A stretch of DNA of 64,000 bases. Source: Alphaproteobacteria bacterium. GTDB taxonomy: Bacteria; Pseudomonadota; Alphaproteobacteria; SMXQ01. The notes under the pieces were generated by a model. That model was not told the origin of the DNA. It did not search any database and worked only from the letters and a program-made list of their open reading frames with translations. The stretch lies in the NCBI GenBank assembly GCA_009380075.1, contig WHSO01000001.1:108266-172265 (forward strand), in the 5' to 3' direction. Position 1 is the first letter of the stretch; each line of letters opens with the position of its first letter. The translations under genes were made by a program, and so were the position numbers. Shown here in pieces: positions 10,470-20,037 of the stretch.

Positions 10470-11357
10470 GTGTCCATTGCCAGCATGACCGGGTTCGCGC
10501 GCGAGGAAGGGGAGTTCGACTCCTTCGCCTGGCGCTGGGAGGTCCGCAGCGTCAACAACCGCGGTCTCGATATCCGCGCCCGCATGCCGCAGGGCATGGA
10601 GTCCTTTGAAATTTCTGTCCGCGATCTCATCGCCAAGCGGTTCAAGCGCGGCAGTTTCAACGTCTCCCTCAATCTCACGCGGACCCCCGGGCTTTCGGGT
10701 TACCGCCTCAACGAGGCTCTGCTCGAACGGGTCCTTGCGCTGGCCGACGACATTCGCGCCCGCACGGGTGCCCCGCCACCGACGGCGGAAGGCCTCCTTC
10801 GCCTGCGCGGCGTGCTGGAGGCCGAGGAGGCCGACGACGGCGACGAGACGCGGGCCGCCCGCGAACAAGCCCTGACGGAAAGCCTGTCCCGGGCGCTTGT
10901 CCAGGTGGAAAAGGCGCGGGCGGAGGAAGGCGCCCGGCTTGAGGTGGTGCTGTGTGCGCTCGTGGACGAAATCGCGGCTCTTGCGGCACGGTCCCGCTGC
11001 CTGGCGGCGGCACAGCCCGACGCCATTCGCACCCGCATCGGCACCCAGCTTAAAGAGTTGGTAGCGGGGGGCACGCCGCTACCCGAGGAACGGCTGGCGC
11101 AGGAAATCGCGGTTATGGTGGGCAAAGCCGATGTGCGAGAGGAAATCGACCGGCTCGATGCCCATGTGGCGCAGGCGCGCGACCTGATCAGGGAGGGCGG
11201 CGCGGTCGGGCGCCGGCTCGACTTCCTTCTGCAGGAGTTCAATCGCGAGGCGAATACCTTGTGTTCCAAGTCGCAGGATCTTGAGCTCACCCGCACCGGG
11301 CTTGCACTCAAGGCGACGATCGAGCAGTTTCGCGAGCAGGTCCAGAACATCGAGTAG
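10470..11357 (+). CDS. yicC: YicC-family stress-induced protein
   Basis: A GTG start preceded by GGAGAGG gives VSIASMTGFAREEGEFDSFAWRWEVRSVNNRGLDIRARMP, the canonical YicC N-terminus. It is followed by gmk as in E. coli. Confidence 0.8.
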   Translation: MSIASMTGFAREEGEFDSFAWRWEVRSVNNRGLDIRARMPQGMESFEISVRDLIAKRFKRGSFNVSLNLTRTPGLSGYRLNEALLERVLALADDIRARTGAPPPTAEGLLRLRGVLEAEEADDGDETRAAREQALTESLSRALVQVEKARAEEGARLEVVLCALVDEIAALAARSRCLAAAQPDAIRTRIGTQLKELVAGGTPLPEERLAQEIAVMVGKADVREEIDRLDAHVAQARDLIREGGAVGRRLDFLLQEFNREANTLCSKSQDLELTRTGLALKATIEQFREQVQNIE

Positions 11358-11363
11358 ACCGCG

Positions 11364-12032
11364 ATGGCAAAAGTGCATGGTGACGACGTGATCGAGGGAC
11401 TGGGCGCCATTCGCCGGCGAGGCCTGATGCTGATCCTGTCTTCGCCATCGGGCGCCGGCAAGACCACCATTTCGCGCCTGCTTCTGGAGAAGGACGAAAA
11501 CCTGGAGATGTCCGTCTCCGCGACGACGCGGCAGAAGCGCCCCGGCGAGGTGGAAGGCGTCGACTACCACTTCGTCGATCCGACCACGTTCAACCTGAAG
11601 GTCAACCGCCGGGAATTCCTCGAATACGCGAAGGTTTTCGGCAATTACTATGGTACCCCGCGCGAGCCCGTCGAGGCGGCGCTGCAGGCGGGGCGGGATG
11701 TGCTGTTCGACATCGACTGGCAGGGAACGCAACAAGTCATTGAGAACGCCCGATCCGACGCCGTGACGGTCTTCATCCTGCCGCCGTCGACCAAGGAGCT
11801 GGAGCGCCGCCTCAATACCCGTGCCCAGGATCCCGCCGACGTGGTTGCGAACCGGATGGCCAAGGCGGCCGACGAGATGAGTCATTACACCGAATACGAC
11901 TACATCATTGTCAATCTCGATCTCGGGTGGAGCGTCGCGGAGGTCCAGGCCATCCTCGCCGCCGAACGACTCAAGCGCCAGCGACTGGTGGGTCTCGGTG
12001 ATTTCGTCAAGCGGTTGCGCGAGGGACAATAG
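11364..12032 (+). CDS. gmk: Guanylate kinase
   Basis: P-loop SSPSGAGKTT, then ...TTRQKRPGEVEGVDYHFV. Confidence 0.9.
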   Translation: MAKVHGDDVIEGLGAIRRRGLMLILSSPSGAGKTTISRLLLEKDENLEMSVSATTRQKRPGEVEGVDYHFVDPTTFNLKVNRREFLEYAKVFGNYYGTPREPVEAALQAGRDVLFDIDWQGTQQVIENARSDAVTVFILPPSTKELERRLNTRAQDPADVVANRMAKAADEMSHYTEYDYIIVNLDLGWSVAEVQAILAAERLKRQRLVGLGDFVKRLREGQ

Positions 12033-12035
12033 CAC

Positions 12036-12923
12036 CTAGCCGCGACGGCCCGCGCCGCAGATACGGGCGAGGGCGGCGAACTCCTCGACCGACAATTCCT
12101 CCGCCCGCGCCTCTCCGCGAATTCCGGCGTGTCGAAGGACGGTCTCGGCACCACCGCCGAACAACGGCTTCAGACTCGACCTCAGCATCTTGCGGCGCTG
12201 GCCGAAGGCGTTTCGCGTGACCGTTTCCATGTCCTCCCAGGCGGCATCCGCGCGCGGGTGGGCCAGCGGGACGAGCCGTATGACGGTTGAATCGACCTTT
12301 GGCGGCGGTGTAAAGGCGCGGGCGCCGATATCGAAGCAGGCGGTGGCTTCCGCTAGCCATTGGCACATCACCGACAGGCGCCCGTAGGCCTTGCTGCGTG
12401 GGCCGGCGACAAGACGTGCCCCAACCTCCTTCTGGAGCAGGACCACGATCCCGGCGTAGCGCTCGGGATCCGCGGCCACCTGGCGCAGCCACTTCAGGAT
12501 CAGGACGGTCCCGACGTTGTAGGGCAGGTTGGAGATGACGTAGAGGCCCACTCCCGGCGCCAGCGCGGATTCGTCCGCGATGCGCGCATCCTCCGCCACC
12601 AGCGTCAACCGCCCGCCCGCCGCGGCGACGAGCGGCGCCAGCACTTCGGCGCAGCGCATGTCCCTTTCGATCGCTACGATTCGCCCCGCTCCGGCGAGCA
12701 AAAGCGCGCGGGTCAATCCGCCAGGGCCGGGGCCGACCTCGATCACGGTCGCACCCTCGATGCGGCCTGCGGCACGGGCAATCCGCGCGGTCAGGTTGAG
12801 GTCGAGGAGGAAATGCTGCCCCAGCCCCTTGCGGGCGGCCAGTCCGTACGCGGCAATGACCTCGCGCAGCGGTGGCAGGGCGGCGACGGCTGCGGCGATG
12901 GAGGCCGAATCGCTAGGCGACAA
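12036..12923 (-). CDS. rsmA: 16S rRNA (adenine1518/1519-N6) dimethyltransferase
   Basis: KsgA motifs GQHFLLD, VIEVGPGPGGLTRAL and NLPYNVGT. It overlaps the pdxA stop region by 11 nt. Confidence 0.9.
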   Translation of the reverse strand: MSPSDSASIAAAVAALPPLREVIAAYGLAARKGLGQHFLLDLNLTARIARAAGRIEGATVIEVGPGPGGLTRALLLAGAGRIVAIERDMRCAEVLAPLVAAAGGRLTLVAEDARIADESALAPGVGLYVISNLPYNVGTVLILKWLRQVAADPERYAGIVVLLQKEVGARLVAGPRSKAYGRLSVMCQWLAEATACFDIGARAFTPPPKVDSTVIRLVPLAHPRADAAWEDMETVTRNAFGQRRKMLRSSLKPLFGGGAETVLRHAGIRGEARAEELSVEEFAALARICGAGRRG

Positions 12924-13929
12924 GGGTTTTGCGCGCGCGGTTGGCGGTTATCTCCCGCGCCAGGGACAGCGCGGCAACCAGGCTCGAGTGCCGGGCGATG
13001 CCCTTGCCGGCGATGTCGAGGGCGGTTCCGTGGTCGGGAGACGTGCGTACGATCGGAAGACCGAGTGTCACGTCCACGCCGTCATCGAAGTTCACTGTCT
13101 TGAGCGGGATGAGCGCCTGATCGTGATACATGCAGATGACGGCGTCATACGTCGTCCGGGCGCGGCGATGAAACAGGCTGTCGGCCGGCGCCGGGCCGAA
13201 CACGTCGATTCCGGCCTGCCGGAGGCGCGCCACCGCGGGCGCGATGATGCGCGCATCCTCCGTGCCCAGGATGCCGTCTTCGCCCGCGTGGGGATTGAGC
13301 GCGGCAACGGCGAGGCGCGGACGGGGAATCGCGAAATCATGAACGAGCGCACGGGCCGTGACTTCACCCGCAGCGATGATCCCGTCTTCGCTCAGGCAGG
13401 CAATCGCCTCTGCGAGCGGCAGATGAACGGTGACCGGCACGACCCTGAGCCCCGGACACGCCAGCATCATCACCGGATGTGCCGTGCCGGTCAGTTCGCC
13501 CAGGAACTCGGTATGGCCGGGGTAGGGAAAACCGGCGTCGGCAAGCACTTTCTTGTGGATGGGATTGGTGACCACGGCGGCAGCCTCGCCCTTGGCGACC
13601 AACGCCGCCGCCCGGCGAATGGAATTGATGACGGCAGGTGCATTCGCCGGGTCGGGTCGGCCCGGCGTCACCGGACGGGTCAGCGCCTCGTGCAGAACCG
13701 GCAGGCGGTCCCTGAAAACCTCCCGGGCCTCCGCCGGCCGTTCAATCCGGCGCAGTTGAATCCCGGTGCCCAGCGCCCGTGCCTCTCGGGCCAACTCATC
13801 AAAATCGGCAATGACAAAGAACGGATCGCTGCGGCGCTCAAGGGACCAGGCCTTGAGCGTGATTTCGCCGCCGATGCCGGAGGGCTCACCCATGGTTACG
13901 ACAACCGGCGGAATGTCCCTGGCCGTCAT
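12913..13929 (-). CDS. pdxA: 4-hydroxythreonine-4-phosphate dehydrogenase
   Basis: The internal-start product MTARDIPPVVVTMGEPSGIGGEI... matches the PdxA family along its full length. The position within surA-pdxA-rsmA is conserved. Confidence 0.85.
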   Translation of the reverse strand: MTARDIPPVVVTMGEPSGIGGEITLKAWSLERRSDPFFVIADFDELAREARALGTGIQLRRIERPAEAREVFRDRLPVLHEALTRPVTPGRPDPANAPAVINSIRRAAALVAKGEAAAVVTNPIHKKVLADAGFPYPGHTEFLGELTGTAHPVMMLACPGLRVVPVTVHLPLAEAIACLSEDGIIAAGEVTARALVHDFAIPRPRLAVAALNPHAGEDGILGTEDARIIAPAVARLRQAGIDVFGPAPADSLFHRRARTTYDAVICMYHDQALIPLKTVNFDDGVDVTLGLPIVRTSPDHGTALDIAGKGIARHSSLVAALSLAREITANRARKTLVA

Positions 13930-13957
13930 GGCGCGCGCCTTGTCGCACCGACCCGAT

Positions 13958-15283
13958 TCATGCGCGGATATCGAGAAACGCCGCCTCGCGCAGGTCACGC
14001 AGGTACCGCCGCGCGCGGATTTCCAGCCGTTGCAGCGTCAGCCGACGCTCGATCTCTTCACGGGTCGGAAGCTCGGCGTCGACCGGTGCCTTGCGATCGC
14101 AGACCATGAACAGCCGGACACTGTCGTTGGTGACAACGGGTGTCGAAGGGGCACCGACGTCGAGGGTGGCGACGACAGATCCCAGGTCTGAGGGAAGCTC
14201 CGACACCTTGAGTTGCCCGAGATCACCCGACATTCCGGCGCCAAGCTCCTTGCCGACGTCGGAGAATTCGGCGCAACCGCGCACCGAGGTGCGAATCGAT
14301 TCCGCCAGGCTCTTTTGCGATTCCACCGCCTGTGGCGACGCCCCCGGGGGCAGGGCGAGGAGGATCTGGCGCAAGGCGACCACGGTATCGCCGACATTAC
14401 GGGACGCCGGCTCGCGCCGGTCGCGCACGCCAAGAATGTAGTAGCCTGTACCGGTGCGGATCGGTTCCGATATCGCGCCCTTGGCCAGGGTTGCCAGTAC
14501 CTTGTCGAGCGCCGGTTCGAGCTCGCCGGCCACGATCCAGCCCAGATCACCTCCCCGTTCCGCCGATGCCGCGTGAGAAAACTGCCGTGCCATCTGCGGG
14601 AAATTCGCGCCCCCGCGCAACTCGTCGAAAATGCGGCGGATGTTCTGCTGCGCATTGGCTTCGTCGCGGGGCGAGTCGACAGCGATGAAAATCTCCGCCG
14701 CGAGGATGCGTGGCTTGTCCGCGTTGGCCTTGATGCGTTCCAAGGTCTTGGAAACCTCTTCCGAGGTCACGGTTATCGAGCGCATCAGGTTGCGTCGGAC
14801 CACGTTGCTCCAGGAGATCGAGGCTTCGATCTGCCGATACAAGGTGCGCTTGTCGATCCCGAGTTGCTTGAGGAACTCGTCCATACCGCCGCTGGGAATC
14901 TTGTTTTGCCGCTCGATCAGAGCGACGGCGGCGTCCATCTCTTTCTTGGTGGTGGTAATATTGAGCCGCTTGGCTTCCTGCAACTGCAGCGCCTCGTCGA
15001 CCAGTGAATCGATGATCCTGGGAGCGAGTTCGCGCCGGACATCGGGGGTGTCACGTAGTCCTGAGGTTCGAATGACGAGGTTAAGTCGCTGGTTCAAGTC
15101 GTAGGCGGAGATGGCTTCGTCGTTGACCACCGCCTTGATGCTGAGGGTCTGAGCGCTGGCGGGCGCTGTGGCGCCCATCAAGGCCGTGTGCAACGGGATG
15201 AGGCATAGAACCATGCCCCACGCGGCTAAACTCCCGCCGCGATAACGCCGCGTGGGTAACGGCCTTCGAGGTTCGCTACTCAT
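13958..15283 (-). CDS. surA: Periplasmic chaperone / peptidyl-prolyl isomerase SurA
   Basis: Signal peptide followed by a SurA N-domain and a parvulin-like PPIase domain. The start is ambiguous: an ATG at 15283 has an AAAAGG-like RBS, and alternative starts exist up to 15376. Confidence 0.8.
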   Translation of the reverse strand: MSSEPRRPLPTRRYRGGSLAAWGMVLCLIPLHTALMGATAPASAQTLSIKAVVNDEAISAYDLNQRLNLVIRTSGLRDTPDVRRELAPRIIDSLVDEALQLQEAKRLNITTTKKEMDAAVALIERQNKIPSGGMDEFLKQLGIDKRTLYRQIEASISWSNVVRRNLMRSITVTSEEVSKTLERIKANADKPRILAAEIFIAVDSPRDEANAQQNIRRIFDELRGGANFPQMARQFSHAASAERGGDLGWIVAGELEPALDKVLATLAKGAISEPIRTGTGYYILGVRDRREPASRNVGDTVVALRQILLALPPGASPQAVESQKSLAESIRTSVRGCAEFSDVGKELGAGMSGDLGQLKVSELPSDLGSVVATLDVGAPSTPVVTNDSVRLFMVCDRKAPVDAELPTREEIERRLTLQRLEIRARRYLRDLREAAFLDIRA

Positions 15284-15372
15284 TTCGCCTTTTCCGATCA
15301 CATGCTTCCCGGCACCCGGGGGGGGCAGTCTATCCCGATTGCCAGCAGGATACAGGGGGGCGGGGACCGGTT

Positions 15373-17625
15373 TCAACCGCCGCTGGCGATTTCTCCAAGA
15401 TGCTTGAATGTCAATATGAACATCAGGCTATCCGTGGGTTTGAGGTCTCTGTCGGAGGTGAAACTGCGCTGGCCCTGTATGCGAAAGATGAAGCATTCGT
15501 CCGTGTAGGTGACTCCGAGTCCTTCGCTGATCGTGCCGCCGTCGGGGGCCAGATCCTGGTGAATGTAGCCGCTGGCGCCCCAGTACTTCGTCAATTGGGC
15601 GCTGAAGGAGAGGATGAGTTCCTCCCGGTCGGCAAACTCGCTTGTCGTGCTGGTCTCGTCCAGGAACAGGTAGTTGACCCCGACCTTGAAGCGCGAGGGA
15701 CCGGCGCTGAGGGACAGCTGGTGGCGTCGTGCCGCTTCTTCTTCGGGATCGAAGCGCGTACGGTAGATGAGGTCGAGCCAGTCCCCCGGCGACAGGCGGA
15801 GCCGCCCGACGATATCGGACGTCTTGTCGCGCAGACCGCTCGATTCGGAAAACCCGGGCTCGGCGCGGAGACTGTGACTCTGGCCCGCGAAGGCTTCGAC
15901 GACGCCGCCATTGTTGCCGTAGTAACCCCAATTGAGTCCATAGATGAAGCGGGTGCCGCTTTCGAACCGGTCGACCCCGGTGAATCGGTTGGAGTCGAAC
16001 AGATTGGTGTCGTCAAACTCGACATCCAGGCTGTCTTCGTTCGGAATCTTGTCGGGATTGCCGCCGTTCGGCGCCACGACGACGGCGGCGACGGGTTCGA
16101 CCAACTGGGTGCCGTTGGCGTCTCCGCGGACGAACGGATACTGCCACTGCGCCATGAGCTGGGGCATGATGCGGCCGGCGAAACCGTTTTCCGTTACCCC
16201 CGGCGCCGTCTCTACGTCGTTGACCGAGTAGAGATCCGTCCGCAGCGAAGCGGAGAGGGTGTAGATCTCGCCGGTCGATGCTGTATAGGGCAGGTGCCAG
16301 CCACCGTTGAAGGCCAGACGCCGGCTGTCGGTGCCCTGGTCACGGGTAATGGCAAGAACGCTGGCGTCCGCCGTCAGGTAGGAGCCATTGGCGGCGGGGT
16401 CGGAGACGAAGTTGTATTCGGCGAAAGGGAGAACGAGTGGACTCGAACCGGGATCGTCCGTCTCACGCAGGCCCTGGAAGCTGTAGCCCGACAACTGGGC
16501 GTAGTTGCGACCCACGAATCCTTCCGTGTTGAACTTTGTCGTCAGCGTTTGGCGCTCCGGTTCGGGGAACTTGTAGCGCCGGAGATAGGTATCGTCGCTG
16601 GCATTCTGGATCTGAAAAGAGCTTCGCCAAACGGGGCTGTGGTGGACCGTCCCCTTGGCGAAGAGGTGTCCACGGAAATCGGTTCCGCCGACTGGGTTGC
16701 CCAGGGAATCCTCGCGCTCGGGCGTGGTACCGCTCACGTCCACCTCCACCTCCGCGTTGGTGAAGCGGCGGCGGTAGTTGGCGGCGAGAACGGAAGCCTT
16801 ATCCGTCATCAGGTGCGGCGTGATGGTTACGTCCTCGCTCGGCGATATCTCCCAGAAATAGGGTACTTTCAGGACGTAGCCGAAATCCGAATCACTGCCG
16901 TAGGATGGGGTTAGTATGCCCGAACGGCGTTTTACCGACGGATCGGGATGGGAAAGATACGGCGTGTAGAACACCGGAATGCCGTAAAAATCCATGTAGG
17001 CGTCCCTGTATTCGATCTCCTTGCGCTCGGAATCATGGGTGACCCGGACCGCGCGGACTTGCCACAGGGGCGCGCGCGTCGGGTCTTCCGTGCACAGGTC
17101 GCAGGGCGAGAAGACGGCCTTGTCCAGCGTCGTCACGACACCGCCCGTCCGCGTGCCGCGGACGGCGGCGAGGCGGCTGTCGTCCGCCAGGAGCATGCGA
17201 AAGCCTTCGGCGACGCCGTCCTTCATGGCGTTTGTGAACTCCGCGCGCTCGGAAAATTTCACTTCGCCCGTGGGTTCCAGCAGCACGACGTTTCCCACGG
17301 CGGTAACCTTGTCGTTCTTTTCGTCGTAGATGATGGTGTCGGCGCGCAACACAAGTTCGCCGTGGGCGATCTCGACATTGCCGCGGGCCGTGACGACGCC
17401 GGTGTTCCGGTCGTACGTGGCCTCATCGGCACGGAGCAGGACATACGATGCGTCCTTGCCGGTCTTGGTTGCGGGTGCGGATTTGGCAGGCGGTGCGGGT
17501 TGTGCGCCGGCAGGTACGGTGAGGATGACCGCAAGCGCCACCCCCACGGCCACGGTCGCGGTAACGGCGCGCCAAAGCTCCCCGATGGACGGAGTTCCCG
17601 TGCCGCCCCCTTTTCCCCCTTTCAT
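15373..17625 (-). CDS. lptD: LPS-assembly outer-membrane protein LptD (OstA/Imp)
   Basis: About 750 aa with a signal peptide (VAVGVALAVILTVPAGAQ), an OstA N-domain and a large beta-barrel. It sits directly upstream of surA, the E. coli-like lptD-surA-pdxA-ksgA order. Confidence 0.85.
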   Translation of the reverse strand: MKGGKGGGTGTPSIGELWRAVTATVAVGVALAVILTVPAGAQPAPPAKSAPATKTGKDASYVLLRADEATYDRNTGVVTARGNVEIAHGELVLRADTIIYDEKNDKVTAVGNVVLLEPTGEVKFSERAEFTNAMKDGVAEGFRMLLADDSRLAAVRGTRTGGVVTTLDKAVFSPCDLCTEDPTRAPLWQVRAVRVTHDSERKEIEYRDAYMDFYGIPVFYTPYLSHPDPSVKRRSGILTPSYGSDSDFGYVLKVPYFWEISPSEDVTITPHLMTDKASVLAANYRRRFTNAEVEVDVSGTTPEREDSLGNPVGGTDFRGHLFAKGTVHHSPVWRSSFQIQNASDDTYLRRYKFPEPERQTLTTKFNTEGFVGRNYAQLSGYSFQGLRETDDPGSSPLVLPFAEYNFVSDPAANGSYLTADASVLAITRDQGTDSRRLAFNGGWHLPYTASTGEIYTLSASLRTDLYSVNDVETAPGVTENGFAGRIMPQLMAQWQYPFVRGDANGTQLVEPVAAVVVAPNGGNPDKIPNEDSLDVEFDDTNLFDSNRFTGVDRFESGTRFIYGLNWGYYGNNGGVVEAFAGQSHSLRAEPGFSESSGLRDKTSDIVGRLRLSPGDWLDLIYRTRFDPEEEAARRHQLSLSAGPSRFKVGVNYLFLDETSTTSEFADREELILSFSAQLTKYWGASGYIHQDLAPDGGTISEGLGVTYTDECFIFRIQGQRSFTSDRDLKPTDSLMFILTFKHLGEIASGG

Positions 17626-17629
17626 GACC

Positions 17630-18736
17630 CTAGCCGTCCTCGATGTGCAGCAGGACGGAAGCACCGATCAGGGTTGTCACCACCGCGGGAGTAAGGGCGG
17701 CGAGGAGCGGCGGGATGGTGGACGAGAGCCCCATGGCGAAGACGACGTCGGAGAGGAAGAATACGAAGAAGCTGAATACCACGCCGCTGGTGATCAGGAG
17801 TGCCACGCCGCCGCGACGCGCCATGCGCAGGGAAAATGTCGCCGCAATGAGAACCATCGCCGCAAGCATCAACGGCATCGCGAGGAGAGAATACCAGTGC
17901 ACGCGGTGGCGTGTCGCGGCGAATCCCGCCTTGTCCAGCATTGCAATGAAACCAGGCAGGCGCCAGAACGAGAGGGTTTCCGGAGCGGAGAAGCTGTCCT
18001 GGATCTTGTTGGACGTCCAGTCGGTGGGCAGCGAATATTCCTCCTGTTCCCTCGACGGCACATTGGGCGCCGTCACTAGAACGTCGCGCAACCGCCACGC
18101 ACCGTTGTCGAGCCTTGCTTCCTCGGCATCGAGGCGCCGTACGAAGTGATTGTTCGTGTCGAACAGGAACACGGTCACACCGCGAAGAACCATGTCCTTG
18201 GACATCATGCGTTCCGCGTGAATGACAGACTGGCCACGGGGATCCGACTGGCGTAGCCAAAGGCCGCTTTCGGAAACTGCGAGAAGATCATCCTTACCCT
18301 TGAGCAACTTGCTTTCGAGCTGCTCATAGTGAAGCAGCAAAGTCGCGGTAAGGGGGTTGACCGCAACATTCAGGAATACGCCAAGCGCGAGCGCCGTGAC
18401 CACGGCCGGAAACAGGAACTGCCAGACGGACGTTCCCGAGGCACGCGCAACCACGAGCTCGCTCGTTCGGGTGAGTCGCCAAAACGTGGAGAGGCCACCG
18501 AACAGGATCGCGAACGGTACGATCTTTTCGATCATATGGGGCAATTTCAGGAGGGCCAACTGCAGTATAAGGTTGAACGTGATCTCCGGCCGGCCGGCGC
18601 CGCGACGAAGCAATTCGACGACATCGATGAGAAAGATGATTGCGGCCAGGGAGACGAGAATGAGCGAAAACCCCACGAGAAACCGTCGAGCGATATAAAG
18701 GGAAAGCGTTGGTGATAGTGCGGCGCGTTCCGCCAT
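17630..18736 (-). CDS. lptG: LPS export ABC permease LptG
   Basis: Internal ATG at 18736 giving MAERAALSPTLSLYIARRFLVGFSLILVSLAAIIFLIDVVE, a YjgP/YjgQ-family permease with a periplasmic domain. The longer track ORF reaching 19150 is an overlap artefact. Confidence 0.8.
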   Translation of the reverse strand: MAERAALSPTLSLYIARRFLVGFSLILVSLAAIIFLIDVVELLRRGAGRPEITFNLILQLALLKLPHMIEKIVPFAILFGGLSTFWRLTRTSELVVARASGTSVWQFLFPAVVTALALGVFLNVAVNPLTATLLLHYEQLESKLLKGKDDLLAVSESGLWLRQSDPRGQSVIHAERMMSKDMVLRGVTVFLFDTNNHFVRRLDAEEARLDNGAWRLRDVLVTAPNVPSREQEEYSLPTDWTSNKIQDSFSAPETLSFWRLPGFIAMLDKAGFAATRHRVHWYSLLAMPLMLAAMVLIAATFSLRMARRGGVALLITSGVVFSFFVFFLSDVVFAMGLSSTIPPLLAALTPAVVTTLIGASVLLHIEDG

Positions 18737-18744
18737 CGTCGCCC

Positions 18745-19911
18745 CTAGGCCCGTGCCGACGCTTCGAAGATCGCATGCGTCTGCCGTGGCTGCCGCATGA
18801 GCAGCCACAGGCATACGCCAATCACCGAAACAGGCAAGAGATACATCAGCGCCGCCAAGGCAGCGCTGATGCCGGCCAGGCTGTGCAGGGCGATGCTCAG
18901 CGACTGCACCAGGACCACGGCTGCGCAGGCACTTGCCACGCGTCGCATTTGCCCGCGGCGGTTGAATTCCCCGGTCAGCAGCGCCACGAGCGCAATGAGT
19001 ACGAAGGCGGGTGCCAGCAGGGGTGCGGACAGGCGCTGGTGTCCCTCGGCCAGAAGCTTGAGACGGAAGCGCTGGTTCGTCTGGGCATTGGGTCCGGTGG
19101 TCGAGGGGTGGAACAGTTCGTCGAGGAACCTTTCCCGTGGCTCGCGCCATCGCGGTCCGGTGCTGTCTTCCTTGGATTTCAGGTCGAGCGTGTAGCGGTC
19201 GAAATACAGGATCGAAAGATCCTTGCGGTCCTTCTTCACGAGCTGACGATTGCCGTTGGCCATTACCACGCGCGGCCCTTCGTCCGTCTGGACCAGGGCG
19301 CCGCGTTCCGCCAGCATCGTGACCGGTTCGCCGTTTTCGCGCCGGTCATGAATGAAAATGCCCAGCAGTTCGCCGTTGCTTGCGCGTTCGCGAATGTAGA
19401 CCGTGACGCCGTTGCCGATTTCGTTGAACGCACCTTCGCGCAGGAGGACCTGCGCGTAATTCGTGCGGACGGTGAACTGCAGGTCCTTGAAATGGCGGTA
19501 TGCGGTGGGCATGTAATAAAGATTGAGCGCGCAGCAGATCAGCATAACGATGCCCGAAAGCGTAAGTGCGGGGGCGGCAAGGCGCATCGGGCTCAATCCG
19601 GCGGCCCGCCAGATCACCATTTCGCTCTCCATCACCATGCGGTTGTACGCAAAGGCGACTGTTGCGAAGAGAACTATGGGCAGGAAAATCGAGGTGTACA
19701 TGGGCAGGACCAGCCCCGCCATTTCGAACAGGGTCGACATGGGGAGCCCCCGGTTGAGCACCAGGTCGACAAAGCGAAGGGACTGGGCCATCCAGACGAT
19801 GCCCGCGATTGCCAATACCGCGAACACCAGCGGCCACGCCTGTTGTCGCACCATGTAGCGAAAGGTCTGATCCATCGGCGCCATTATAGGCAAAGCCGCT
19901 TTTGCCGCCAT
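18745..19911 (-). CDS. lptF: LPS export ABC permease LptF
   Basis: 388-aa YjgP/YjgQ-family protein (…FRYMVRQQAWPLVFAVLAIAGIVWMAQS…) directly upstream of lptG. The start codon is uncertain within the first 13 codons. Confidence 0.8.
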   Translation of the reverse strand: MAAKAALPIMAPMDQTFRYMVRQQAWPLVFAVLAIAGIVWMAQSLRFVDLVLNRGLPMSTLFEMAGLVLPMYTSIFLPIVLFATVAFAYNRMVMESEMVIWRAAGLSPMRLAAPALTLSGIVMLICCALNLYYMPTAYRHFKDLQFTVRTNYAQVLLREGAFNEIGNGVTVYIRERASNGELLGIFIHDRRENGEPVTMLAERGALVQTDEGPRVVMANGNRQLVKKDRKDLSILYFDRYTLDLKSKEDSTGPRWREPRERFLDELFHPSTTGPNAQTNQRFRLKLLAEGHQRLSAPLLAPAFVLIALVALLTGEFNRRGQMRRVASACAAVVLVQSLSIALHSLAGISAALAALMYLLPVSVIGVCLWLLMRQPRQTHAIFEASARA

Positions 19912-20037
19912 CTTTATGGAGAATTCCCCGGTCGGGGTGTTGTTGGCGGCGGCGCGACGGCGCTAAACTCGTGGCGTCCGCCGGGAGCCCCTTCTGCCTG
20001 CGGGCGCGTCTGATATTCCTCTGCCAGGAGCCACCCG

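Noticed and set aside
12580-14109. 509-aa plus-strand ORF
   Set aside because: It is antisense to rsmA/pdxA/surA and its translation is Arg/Ala-rich.
15400-16914. 504-aa plus-strand ORF
   Set aside because: It is antisense to lptD.
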